From NCBI GenBank assembly GCA_034226945.1, contig CP120456.1:806001-870000 (forward strand): a stretch of 64,000 bases of DNA. The letters are read 5' to 3'. A program made the translations under genes and the position numbers. The DNA is from Picochlorum sp. SENEW3. Lineage: Eukaryota. The notes beneath the pieces are model-generated. The model was not told the origin of the DNA, made no database searches, and saw nothing but the letters and a program-made list of their open reading frames with translations. Shown here in pieces: positions 33,934 to 46,454 of this stretch (position 1 is the first letter of the stretch; each line of letters begins with the position of its first letter).

Positions 33934-36318
33934 ATGAAGAGTACGTGCGCTTGTTCTTGTCTTTGTCTTGACATGCTAGAAGAAGAAACGTGATTCTTTC
34001 TTCTGGGAGCTCTTCTAACTCTTAATCACTACTGTGTTGCAGTTTTAATAAAAGGTGGTGTTTGGAAAAACACAGAGGATGAGATTCTCAAGGCGGCTGT
34101 GATGAAATATGGGTTGAACCAGTGGGCTCGAATTTCATCTCTTCTGACTCGAAAGTCTGCCAAGCAGTGTAAAGCTCGCTGGTATGAATGGCTGGATCCT
34201 GCTATAAAGAAGACTGAGTGGACTCGAGAGGAGGATGAGAAATTGCTTCATTTAGCCAAGTTGATGCCAACGCAGTGGAGGACGATTGCGCCGATTGTGG
34301 GAAGGACTCCAACGCAGTGTTTAGAGCGGTATGAGAAGCTGTTGGATATGGCGTCTGGGAGGGAGGAAGGATATGAAGCGAAAGATGATCCCCGAAGGCT
34401 TCGACCTGGAGAGATTGATCCTCATCCAGAGACAAAGCCTGCAAGGCCTGATCCGGTGGATATGGATGATGATGAGAAGGAAATGTTGTCTGAGGCGAGG
34501 GCGAGATTGGCGAATACGCGCGGGAAGAAGGCAAAGAGAAAAGCGAGAGAGAAGCAGTTGGAAGAGGCCAGGCGGTTGGCTGCATTGCAGAAGAAGCGTG
34601 AGTTGAAGGCTGCAGGCATTGACGTGAGGGAAAAGGCAAAGAAGGGGCGTGGGATCGATTATGCACATGAGGTGCCGTTTGAGCGGCGTCCTGCTCCTGG
34701 GTTTTATGATGTTGCTGAAGAGAATGAGATGACACGGGCGATGCGAGAGGAGTTTCGTCCGGTGACAAAGGATGAGTTGGAAGGGCGGAAGAGGAAGGAT
34801 ATTGAAAAGGAGCTGATCAAGCAGGATGTTGCAAAGAGGAAGATTGCTGAGAGAAAGGATGCTCCAAATATGATAGCACAACAATTAGCGGCTCAAGAAG
34901 CGTTGCAATCTACGAGGAGGGGGAAAATGATGCTTCCTGCGCCACAGGTGACCGATGCAGAGTTGGAGGCACTTGCGAGGGATGCTTCAATGGAAGGGAC
35001 ATTGGCCTCAGAGACTGGGAGTCAAGCGACGAGGGCATTATTAGGAGATTATTCGACCCCTGCACCATTTGCCACACCAATGGCAACTCCTGCTGCAGGT
35101 GCGTCTGGGATGAACAAGGTAATGCAGGAAGCACAGGCTTTGGCAAGACTGCGTGAGGGTCAAACGCCCTTGTTGGGAGGAGAAAACCCTGATATTGCAG
35201 GGAGCGATTTTAGTGGGATTGCTCCTCAGCGAACCGTGGGAGCGACACCTAATCCATTGGCTACTGCAGCTGCTGCAAAAATTGGCGCCACACCAGCAAC
35301 TGCCCGAGGAGGAATGCAGTTGGACAAGAAACCAGCAACAGTACAGCCCACTCCTGTCCGGCGCGACGAATTAAAGTTGAATGCAGAAAATGGACTTGGT
35401 GAAGATTCAAATCATATTGCATCAGCCCTCTCCAATCTGCCGGCTCCGAAGGGAGGGTATCAACTCGCTCCGCCAGAAATGCTAGATGAGGAAGAGGATG
35501 GTGCTGTGCCCATGGAGGAAGATGCAGCAGATGCAGAGGCCCTCATTGCCGCTGAAAAAGCAAGACAATTAGAAGAAGAGAAAAAACTTCGGTCTCATGT
35601 CGTGCAGAGGAATCTGCCCAGGCCGTTAAGCCTCGACCTCGTTCCCAAACCTGCAACAGAGGCTGCCATTGCAGCCATGTCAGACGAGGGCGAAGCAGCT
35701 AGGCACATGATATTACAAGAACTTGTGCAGATTCTCAACGAGGATGCCAAAGCATTTCCAGCAAACATGCCTATTACCGACTCCATGAGCCATATTGATC
35801 ATGGATTCTCCGTGTCAGAATTGGAAGCCGCTGCAAAACTCATAGATGATGAAGTACCAATTGTCAAGAAGGACCTTGGACACGATGGGGCAACCCTGAG
35901 CGAATATTCTGCGGTATGGGACAGCATGCGACCAAATATCATGTACTCTGTAGAACTTCAAAGGTATAGTCTGAAATCAAAAATGTCAGAGAAGGATATC
36001 CTTGCATCCTTGAAGCATGAGTATGAAACAGTCAGAAAAGAAATGTCCAAATGCGCCAAGAGAGCTGGCAAAGTTGAGCAAAAAGTAGGCATCGTACTGG
36101 GAGGTTTACAAAAGCGCAGCAAGTCATTGACGACAGAAATTAATGAAAAGACGAATAAAGCAAATATAAGCAAGATTGAGAAGACGTGCTATCGCCAGTT
36201 ACAAGACCAAGAGAGGCTCGCTGCATCTGCTCGGCTTGAGCACCTCAAAGAGCTTGTCGAAGCTCAGGAAAGTCGAGAACGTACCTTGCAAGAAAAGTAC
36301 AAGTCCCTACAATCATAA
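33934..36318 (+). CDS. CDC5: Pre-mRNA splicing factor CDC5/CEF1 (exons 33934-33940, 34043-36318)
   Basis: [37 protein letters not shown], two Myb repeats, EARARLANTRGKKAKRKAREK. Confidence 0.98.
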
Positions 36319-36515
36319 GTTCATATTCTATGAGATATGTAAACGACCCAACCGACCACATGTAAATGTGGACCTCATGGCAAGCCAAGTGTCCTTGTCA
36401 GACTGTCACACTCCCCAAAGTGAATTTGTTCAAAAATTGTTCACAGAGCAGCGCTTTGCTTTGTTTGTTTCAATCATTTTAAAGAACGTAGTTATACATT
36501 CGAAAGAAACTAGCC

Positions 36516-38573
36516 ATGGCTCCAACCAAGCCAGCGGCAGAGGGTCGCCCAAAAGTACCCCCCAAAAAAATTATAGACACTATCCGCGAGGCAACTGGAG
36601 CAAGTGATGAAGATATAAAATCTGTACTAGAGGAGTGCAACAATGACGTGAACGAAGCCACCGCTCGTTTGATTGACAGTACGTTTTTGTTTGTTCGGCG
36701 ATTGGATTGCTGTGACACCTTTGGCCCTAAACGCGTGCATGGGGGCACATTGCTGGGATATATATGATTCATATGACTTGGTGTTGGGTTTGGGAGGGTG
36801 AAAAAGGGGTTGTATCCGCATTTTTTGCTTTCGAGATAGTTTGATCCCCTGCGGCAGCGGCGGTAGTAGAAGATGGTTTGTATTCCCTGCCTAGGGGTGT
36901 CACTGATGGGTATTAATCAATACTATTACAATTTAAAGGATAATGGTTGGGTCAAAGGAGCTAAACGATGGTGTATTGTGTGCAGATCCCTTTTCGAAAG
37001 TAGTGAGCAAGAAGGACAAGAGGAAGGAGGTGCGTTGGATTTTATTACTGTGTCTCTTCTTTAAATAAGACGGGTTTGGAGTGTTACGAGATGGAGACGT
37101 GGGTGTTTCGACCTGTGTCGGTGAACCTCTTGTTGCTACTTGCACTGACTGTATGAGTGACCGAGTCTTTTTGGCATACAGAGGGAAATACAGATCAAGA
37201 AGGAAAAGGCAGCCGAAGCAAAACGCAACTACTCGAACAGAGGAGGTCGCGGAGGGGGCAAGGCTGGAGGACGAGGAGGTGGACGTGGTACTGGGCCCAG
37301 AAAGCCTGCTGAGGCTCCAAAGCCTGTGCAGAAGAAAGAGCCTGTTGTCGCAGCTCCAGAGAGTGCCGCTCCAAAGACTCAGGAGAATGGTATTGAACCT
37401 GCTCCAATTCCTCAGCCTACTCGGACCGGGGGAACAATGGCTGATTTGTTCAAAAAGCCTGCCCCTGTGCCGGAGAAGAAACAGCCTGCACGGCCTGCGC
37501 CTCAAAGCCAGCGTCCAACAAATGGACATACGACAGATCAAGCAAGGGTGCCAGCTCAGGCTGCACAGCCATCAGGTGCATGGGGTAAAAGTGCAGACGT
37601 GCAGCAAGAGGCACCCAGGCCACAGCCACCATCTGTGCCACCTACTGGCCTGGCAACCTCTTTGATGTCTGCTCTCGGCGCAGGAAACCCTCCAAAAAGT
37701 GTTCAGAGTGCACAGACTAGCCTTCCACAAGAGACCCAACCAAGTGCTGGGCAGGGTCAACTTGCGGAGAGTGAACAGAGAGGGCAGCCAGGAAGCACAT
37801 CAGCTGATGATGTCGGTTTGAATTTGCAGTTTGGCAATTTCGGTCTTGGTACCGGTAATGAATTTGGAGCTGGCTTTGGATCCACGTTTGAAAATCAGCC
37901 CGCGCAGGGAGGTGCTCAGACACAGAATGCCTCTCGGTATAATGAGCCTCAGGCTGGCGGGGGCCAAGGAAAGCAATCTCAAGCAGCATTCTCATCTTTC
38001 CAGCAAAGTCAGGGAGATGTATCTGTATCAAGAAATCAAAATGCAGATTCACAACAGCAGCAGCAGCAACAACACATGCAGCATATGCAGCAGCCTCAGT
38101 ATGGCTACTCTGCATCGTATGGACAGACTGCAGCCTACTGGCCTCAGCAGCAGGCTCCAAGACAGCAACAGCAAGCACCGCCACAACAGCAACAAACGAT
38201 GAAGCCTGGCAAAGCAGAGGCACCAGCACCACCACCTCAGCAGCAGCAACAGCAGCAAGCTACTATGATGGCATATGGTGCTCCTGGCATGGGTGCCATG
38301 GCAGGACAGTATGCAACACAATACCCAGGATATCAGTATCCATACCAGTACGCTCAATATCCAGGATATTATCCACCACAGTATTATGCACCTCCCCAGG
38401 GATCGCAATATCCACCTCAACCCCCTGCTACTGCCCAAGGCGCTCGCACTGCAGGAGGGAACAGTTTCGGTGCAGGTCTGTACGATCAGCAGGATGTGAA
38501 TTATCAGCAACCACCAGCAACAGGAAACTATCAAGGACAGCCTGCATACAACTATGGTCAGTATGGACGTTAA
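36516..38573 (+). CDS. UBA-like (DUF1296/GIP1-N) UBAP2-type protein with RGG boxes and Q/Y/P-rich tail (introns 36679-36985, ~37030-37181)
   Basis: LEECNNDVNEATARLID|NPFSKVVSKKDKRKE, RGGRGGG repeats, LQFGNFG, poly-Q. Confidence 0.85.
38053..38258 (+). repeat. CAG/CAA trinucleotide runs encoding poly-Gln
   Basis: Several (CAG/CAA)n tracts in the coding frame. Confidence 0.8.
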
Positions 38574-38819
38574 ATTGTCCCAGTTGAAACAGCATATACC
38601 ATTGTTGGCGACATGTCATTTTCTTTTTCAAAGACGTTGTCATAATTGTAAGTCTGCTGGTAATTGCAGAAGCATATAGTCGCAATCCAACCTCGATGGG
38701 ACAGTAGTATTATTAGTACACAACTCCCATCCTCGTGTCATATCACCATCTCATATTACACATGGAAAAAAAGGGGACACGTGCATTCAACAAAAATTCT
38801 TTTCTCTTTCACCACAATA

Positions 38820-39983
38820 TTACCAGTTGACAGCATCACATTCTTCTTCATCATCCACACAGTGCTCCACACCAGCATCTGTCAAAGAAACACGCCTCAT
38901 TGCTGTCAAAGTGCCACTCAATGGAATTCTATACTTGGCCAATATCTTGTAGAAAATATCAACCACTTTGTCTACTATAGGCAATGCCATCAATGACGCA
39001 ATCCATCCCCACCCAACAGCAGAGTACAACTGCTGCAGTGCATCAGGTCCAGTGAAAATAGTACCATCCCGGGAAATCGCATGAATCGTTTCCATCGCAT
39101 CCTCATACGTCACTCCCTCATGCTCTGTCGAATCATACGTCAAATTTGCAATATTCACAAACTTGATTCTTCCCTGTCCCCCATCTCGTTCCTTCAATGT
39201 GCTCATGAGCTGATTGCACATGTCACAGTCACCATCATAGAGGTACTTCACCTTCCAATTATTCTCCGTGCGCTGGCAATCCGGATCCTGATCGAAAGAC
39301 TTTTGTAACGCATCTTTCAGTATCTCGCGATCTTTCACATCCTCGAGATGCTGCTCCACAGACAATGCCTGATACACATCCTCTGCCCTATTCAACAAGG
39401 GCTTGAAGATATCCGTTCGAGACACAATCCCAATCAGTTTCCCTTCATTATCAACAACAGGAAGTCTGTGGATATTCCTTGCAAGCATTAATGCTGCCGC
39501 CTCACCCACCTTGGCCTTCTCCTTCACCACAATAGGAGGCTTGGACATGTGCTTCTCCACAGGCTCTGTCAAAGGCACATCCTGCTTCCTCAACCGATTA
39601 ATATCCTTGATACTGATAACACCCACAACAACATTCTCATCATCTACAACAGCAAGACCAGATACTTTATCCAGCTTGCTGGCAGCAGACGATAAAGGCT
39701 GCCCCGGAGTTGCACACCGAAGACCATTGACAGTCATAAAATCCCCAACAACCCCAAATGGGTCATCCAACTGAAGACTATCCACATCCAAATTATCCAC
39801 ATCGAATGTCCCATCAGGCCTGACGTTTGATCTCACAATGACCCTCTGTGAACGAGGCTGTGCGTGCACGAGAGGCCTGCTAGAGGAAGGAGTGACTCGG
39901 CTCTGCCGTACAACACATCTTTGGCAGCGACCAACCACACGTGGGCATCCTATCAATGCATGAGAACTTTGAGTAACAAACAT
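38820..39983 (-). CDS. Plastid-targeted CBS-pair + DCC1-like (DUF393) thiol-disulfide oxidoreductase fusion
   Basis: Transit peptide; VSGLAVVD..VVGVIS, IHRLPVVDNEGKLIGIVSRTD (CBS); YLYDGDCDMC and AMETIHAI..DG.IFTG (DCC). Confidence 0.85.
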   Translation of the reverse strand: MFVTQSSHALIGCPRVVGRCQRCVVRQSRVTPSSSRPLVHAQPRSQRVIVRSNVRPDGTFDVDNLDVDSLQLDDPFGVVGDFMTVNGLRCATPGQPLSSAASKLDKVSGLAVVDDENVVVGVISIKDINRLRKQDVPLTEPVEKHMSKPPIVVKEKAKVGEAAALMLARNIHRLPVVDNEGKLIGIVSRTDIFKPLLNRAEDVYQALSVEQHLEDVKDREILKDALQKSFDQDPDCQRTENNWKVKYLYDGDCDMCNQLMSTLKERDGGQGRIKFVNIANLTYDSTEHEGVTYEDAMETIHAISRDGTIFTGPDALQQLYSAVGWGWIASLMALPIVDKVVDIFYKILAKYRIPLSGTLTAMRRVSLTDAGVEHCVDDEEECDAVNW

Positions 39984-40495
39984 GGTCAAATATCTACAGG
40001 TCAGTCACAAGAACGCTGTCAGTAAACATGTATGCGTCAACGCTTGAACGATCGGGTAGGATTGAAAAAATTCACAAAACTCGGACAAATACGCACCTCT
40101 TGTCTAAAACCTCAACTGGTTGTGTAAAAATGCTATGGTAAAGAAGCTAAAATGGGATATTGACGTGTATGCTCTGTAATGCTATGCTTTTCTGCCTCGG
40201 ACGTAGAAAACGCACTCGTGTTTCTCGTCTGTGATACTCACACGTCCGTGTACACTATTCAAAATTGTATCAATATATAAATCTTACAAAAGAGCGTCAA
40301 AAGGAGACTGTAAATATACAGTAGTCGCAGAAACCGCAGAGGATCTTGTCTGAATTCTTCTTTTATAGAATGTACATGTACATTCATTGCATCTTCTCCT
40401 GCTTCGAAGGAATTCCACCCTGTGTGTACTATATTGTATAGGTATTCGTCTTCATGGTACCGAATCACTAGTATATATAGTGATTCAATGCCGTC

Positions 40496-41592
40496 TTACG
40501 CAGGGCCAACATGGAATGCAGCTCCAATTCCATAAGAGATGCCGAGGGCAAGCCAACCACCAATGAGAACACGTGTGGCTCCTTTGATCAGCCCTGCTCC
40601 ACCCAAGTGCGCCCCCAACAGTCCAAACAACACCCTACACACAAAGAAAATCACCACCATATTAATAAACAGCATTGGTTTATGGTACATGAAGATGAAG
40701 AATATCCGTACAGTCCAGCAGTGGTTGCCAGTGAAATAGAAATCAATCGAGACGTCTGATCTGCCAGGAATGCTCCAGCGAGGAGAGGAATCGCTGCACC
40801 TGCTGAGAAACAAATGGCAGATACGATTGACGCTTGCCATGGATTTGCCAAATCATCCAGGTCAATGCCCAATTCATCCCGGGCATGTGCCCGGATGACA
40901 TCAGTTTCTGTCAAATGCTCTGCCACTTGCCGAGCCAAGTGGTATGGAATACCTCGAGATTCATAGATCTGGGTTAGCTCCTCTAACTCTCTAGCCTGTG
41001 CTGCAGGTCCTTTCAATTGTTCCTGAATTTCCTTGTGAATATCCGCCTTTTCAGCATCTCGCTGAGATGACACTGAAACATACTCCCCAGCAGCCATGGA
41101 CAGAGCTCCCGCAATCAACCCTGCAACGCCAGATAATCTCATGAATCTGAGACTATCATCTCCAGCAGACACACCCATGAGCAAGGCAGCAACTGACACG
41201 AGCCCATCGTTCGCTCCCAAAACCATGGCCCGTAGCCAAGGTGCTCTATTGCTGTGATGAACATGTTCGCAGTGCTCTTCAGGATCAACATGACCAGAAT
41301 TTCCGTAACTTGGGACAATATTTGCGTCTGTATGAAGGCTATTAGGTGGTGAATCTATGGGCAATTCTCCCCCTTGCTCGAGATGACTCAAGTCTGGTTG
41401 CTGTTCAACCACAGTTGTTGTTTCTGGTGCATTCTGCGCTGTCGCTTCCTACAATCCACATCACATAATTTAAATACTATTAGTCGTGTTACAAATAGAG
41501 CAGTATCATATAGTATTCAACCAACCCACCTGAGGTGGCCTTTGTTTCGACTGGGTGGAAGCCTGGCTCTTTTTCTTCTTATTCTTACCCAT
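40496..41592 (-). CDS. Vacuolar iron/manganese transporter VIT1/CCC1 family (3 exons)
   Basis: WLRAMVLGANDGLVS, AGALSMAAGEYVSVSSQ, HARDELG, NPWQASIVSA. Confidence 0.93.
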
Positions 41593-41888
41593 AATATGGA
41601 TTTCGGCGCACTTACAAGTACTATTGGAGGAATGGAGGAAATAGTTGTGTTGATGAGGCATGACAGGGCTCGCAGATGAACGACTGGTCCTGGGTGTCGG
41701 CATTCCTTATTTAATGACCGGCACGCGTCTCCATTTGAATGTGAATGACACACACGTCATTTATGCACGACAGAGGCCGCCCACGGTAGGGTGTACGCAT
41801 GCCACGATACATCTGAACACATGATGGCGTATATATGTTTTCTATTGTGTGATTACACAGTGTGAATCATCTATATAAAATACTATAA

Positions 41889-42950
41889 TTATGCAACGAG
41901 CTGCACTGCTCCCCCAACCTCTTTGATTTTCTTCTCAGCAAGCTTGCTAACAAACTTGGCTCTCACAACAAGTGGCTGCTGTGGCAGCTGTCCCTTTCCG
42001 AGAACCTTGAAGTAACCGTGGTTGGTCACGTCAATGACTGGGGCGGTCGATGTGTCCTTGGCAGCTTCAGCACGAGCATCGCTTCCTACGAGTGTCCAAA
42101 TCTTGTCCAAATTAATCACTGGGCAGTGGTACTTGTTCTTGTTCAAATGGAAGTAGCGCATTCCGACCTTTCCGAAGTATCCAGGATGGTACTTATCCAT
42201 GAGGATTCTGTGGTGGTGCTGTCCTCCAGCATTACCGCGACCAGAAGGATGCTTTCTATGCTTTCCAATACGACCGTGTCCTGCGGACACGTGTCCTCTC
42301 TTCTTTCTATTCTTTCTGAGGCCTGTATAGCGAAAAAGTAAATGATGTTAGAACATACATACACGATGTGGATTGATTGTCAATTGATACGAAAAACTCT
42401 ACAGAAACAGAGAGAAGAGGAAGAACAAGTGCTGCTGATGGTCACGCGAGTCGTGGCTGCAGCGATACTCTCTCCCCTGGTGCACGTTGCTGATTATGTA
42501 GTGAATAAAATTCCATCCCTCCTTCTTCACGGGTCACGAAATGGCAGAGAGACGCGAGAAGGACAGCCGCCGCACGTGCAGACGAAAGCAGTTTATACAC
42601 TCCACATCACCGATTGGTACTCATTGATGGCATTAATCCACCATTATAATACGTCATCGGTGTAACGAGTGAACAAACTGCCGCTATACGTATGCATGCT
42701 GTCATATCGGGCTCATGGCGGACCCACCATCGCATCACCATTCCAAACCAGGGGTGGGCTTGATATACCCGCATCCCATAGATATAGAAGGATGATTGAT
42801 AAATTTTGTTTATCGTGCTGTCCATTTGCAGGATTCTTTCCTCCAAAACTGGATGTTTGCCATGGCCGTCGCCGAATTCCTTCCAGCACTCTTCCTCTCT
42901 CTCTGATTCTGTACGCATCAATCAAGTGCATAAAACTCACGAGTAGTCAT
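41889..42950 (-). CDS. RPL27A: 60S ribosomal protein L27a/uL15 (exons 42950-42941, 42322-41889)
   Basis: ATGACTACTC|gtgagt...atacag|GC gives [29 protein letters not shown]. Confidence 0.97.
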
Positions 42951-43316
42951 ATTGTCCTATATTCCCTGTATTAAATACACGTAATGAGGGCGTCGTGGGA
43001 GGGAGTGGGCTATGAGTGTGGAAACGTTTTGGAGGCGGTGGACAGAGTACTTCGGGAGAATGGTATTCCCGAATTACTTGTCCATTTGAATGTTGAGTTC
43101 TGTGCTTATTTTGCATGGCAAATCCGCACGTGATAATCTTCTATTGGGACTAAATTTGAATACCAGTTCGATAAATTGATGTGGATCGTACCATCTGTCG
43201 AAAAATTGAGGAAATAGTGAGGAGAAAAATCTTCCTGGGCATTAATTTTGGCACACACTAGTACATTGAACGGATTTCTCAGTGATTTAGTTTTTCAGCA
43301 TATATATGAATACGAT

Positions 43317-43752
43317 ATGAAGCGTAGCGGAGTATGTCTGGCTAAAAATGGTGCGTGGTCCATTATTATTCAGACACCTAAACAGCTTTTGTTTTGGAGT
43401 GTACTACTGATAATATGTTTGCTTCTTTATAGTGTATGAGATATTAAGTAAGCTTCCAAAGCATGGTGTTGGATCTCGTATTCAGCGGAAGACGTGGAAG
43501 GATGATTCGTTTTGGGATGTCTCTCAGGTGAAGATGCATGTGTCTGGGAAGGCAGGCAAGGCATATGGCATGTTGACATGGAGGGGCGAACAAGTTCATG
43601 AGGTACCGAAGCAGATACCTGGTACGCTGAAAAAGGTTTGGAGGATGGTTTCTAGTTCATCGGAGGGGCCTGGTGTGATGTGGCCATCTCTGGATAAAGC
43701 GTTGCTGGACTCTGTTGGTCAGTCACAGGAGGAGGCATCGTCGTCGTCATGA
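43317..43752 (+). CDS. MRPS34: Mitochondrial ribosomal protein mS34 (exons 43317-43350, 43433-43752)
   Basis: LSKLPKHGVGSRIQRKTW..SFWDVSQVK...GKAYGMLTWRG. Confidence 0.75.
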
Positions 43753-43844
43753 CACTCGCTGTAATGGCGTTTATACGAGTGTTTGTAAGAAATGTAAAAC
43801 TAGATCACACATATAAAAAGCAGCGCGTAGTATATCTGCAATTT

Positions 43845-46454
43845 TCACTTTTTGTCTTTTCTGGAGGTGACTCTTGATTCATAAAACTTGAGGAGAGGAA
43901 GCAGACAATTCTGCTTTGCGTGCAGCTCCTCCGAATCATAAAGATACCTGCATTCCTTCTCAGGGAATATTATGGTAAGAACAACCTTACTGTTCCTCGT
44001 TGTGGCAATGTGTATACGTGGCTTCATGCTTGCGTCATTTTGTTCCCTCCAATAGTATGGTTTGAGCATGGATAACCTTTTCCGTTCAGCAGGATCTGTC
44101 ACCCCTGCGAGCTCCACATCCTCATCGCTCTCGCTAATATGTGGCTCTTCGTATGTATATCTCTTTCCACTTTTGATCATGGACAGGAACTCGCGTGCCT
44201 TTGCTTGCATTTCAAGAGCTTTTTGTACGGCATCACCTCCCTTCTCCTGTCGCTCCTTCTCAACGGCCTTAAATCTCTCCACTTGCTCCCTGAGTGATTT
44301 GATTTCATCCGCTGTACCACTCAATGCTGTTTGATACTGCTTCATAGCCTCGTCTGCTCCCTGTTTTAAGGCCAAAATGAACTGGACAACTGTCTGAATG
44401 TCGCCTTCCTGAGTCTCAACTGCTTTTGAAAGCTGTTGAGTTAATTTCTTTGCTTCTTGGGGGTCTGCAGTAAAAATAGATTTGAGTTGTGCAAGGCTAC
44501 TGCGCAACCCATAGCTCTTCTCTTTATTTTCTTTTGTGTTTTGCTCAATTGCCTCCTTCATCTCATTTATCCTGGACTGGAGTGAATCAATCTCTAAAGT
44601 TTTCTTCTCTAATTGTGCAGAATATTTCTTCTTAGCCTCCTCCTGCTTTTTGAGATTATCTTCCAGTGTTATTGTCTTGGAGAAGAGATTCTTAAGCTCT
44701 TGTGCTTTCTTCTTTCCTTCCTCAAAATGCTTCTGATTACTCTCCCTCTGCTTTTGGAGAGATGTTTCGAGCTTTTTAGTGCTGTTAGTGAGCGATTCAA
44801 TCTTCTTTGCCGTTTTCTCTGATTCCAACAAAGCCTTGTCCCGTTCAGTTTGTGTGTCAGTAAGCTGGTTCTTAAGGGACTCAATTTCTGCTGCCAGCAA
44901 TGATTTCTCCTCCTGAGATTGAGATAGATTTTTCTTCTCAGTTTCATATTTGGAACGATATTCCTCCAGACTAGCTGTCGTTTTCTGCAGCTGAGACGCA
45001 ACCATTTGATCAACCTGATACATGATCCTCTCCTCCTCTTCCTCCTGTCTATCTGGACCCTTTTCCCGAAGGATCTCCTGAAGATATTGATTTCTCGCTT
45101 GCTCTTCCTCCAGAGCCTCACAAAGCCTTTTCTCATTAGAAATAACCTTTGATAAAAGTTCCATAGCAACTGATGCGGTATCAGTCCTTGAGCTGGAAAT
45201 ATACGGTCTCTCAGGGCCACCATCATATGCGTTGTCTCCTACACTAAACCTGGTCCGTTTTGGTGGAGGAGCCGACTTGGGCTCCAGAAGTCCAGCATGC
45301 TTTGAAGAAGAAACCTTTTTCTGAAGAAGCCCTCGCCCAAGGTCAAAATCAGGACTGCTTTTATGATGCCCGGCAGGTTCAGAGGGTCTCTTTTTCATGC
45401 CAGCATGACCCCCTTGATAGGGTATGGTGGCCTCAAGCCTCTGCGAGTAAATCTTCTGTGTGGGGGGAGTAGGCAAAACCTCATCCACCTTTTCCATTGT
45501 ATCGGCACGTCCCTTCTCCACACCGTGGAAGGGCTTCTTGTTTGGCACGTCTTTAACCTCATCAGGTATTCCTCCTCCCTCTCCGTGGCCTTCTGCTTGC
45601 TGTCCCTTTACTGCATTCATGTCCATGGCTGCTTTTTTCTCATCGGTACTTCCCACTATTGTACTACCTTGATGAATATCTTCCTCTTTCCTTGGGAGTT
45701 TCGCAGTCTCTTGGCGATTCTCCTCCTCCTGAACTCTCTTCCCTTCCTCAGAGTCCTGTGCAATACTTGTTGTTCTTTGCTCACCATCATCCTTTGCGGC
45801 TTCCTTCGCTTCATTACCTTGATCCAAATTCTTTTCCTTGTACGCTTGAAGCATATTCGCATATGTTTCTGGGTACTTCTTTTTCAACTGATACTTACCC
45901 AACCACATCTCCTTGCCCTGGTCCAAAACCTTGTAATGCATCGTATTGCCGGGCTTGCGCCGCTTGTGATCGAAAATGATTGGCTCCTGAGGCTCTTCTG
46001 GCTCTTCATCGCTATCCATCTCCTGGAAAACAATTCTGCGTCGCAGTATTCTTTCCAAACCCACCCAGTTGGGGTCTCCTCCAGAAAGGTGCTCCTCCAT
46101 AGCACGCATAGTCAACACCAGCGCTTGTCGCATCTTCCGACGAAGCTTCATAGGTTCTCCTTCCAAGTCGAATGCTTCCACGAGAAGCCCATATCCATCC
46201 CAGTCGTCCGTGGGAACCCGGAGTCGTGGCGTAATTTCAAAATACTTCGAACCCTCATCCAAAGGACACAACCTCTTTGCCTCTTCGAATGCATCCTGTA
46301 CATGAGGTTTTTCATTAAAAATGCAAAGGACAGGCTTTGGACATGAAGCACGTATTCTGTGACCTCGCAGACAATGTCCACAATCACAAGTCAAACGCTA
46401 AAGGCCAAGACTCACCTGCAATAAGTTGGTCATATACAAACTTTCATCATCCAT
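43845..46454 (-). CDS. Large coiled-coil protein with chromo-like N-terminal part and chromo-shadow-like C-terminus (exons 46454-46416, 46295-43845)
   Basis: Long heptad region; C-terminal VVLTIIF....LYDSEELH....LLPLLKFYESRV resembles a chromo shadow domain. Confidence 0.7.

Noticed and set aside
45363..46346. Long antisense ORFs (also 19336-20067, 12512-13153, 34202-34884)
   Set aside because: They shadow well-supported genes on the opposite strand and show no motifs.
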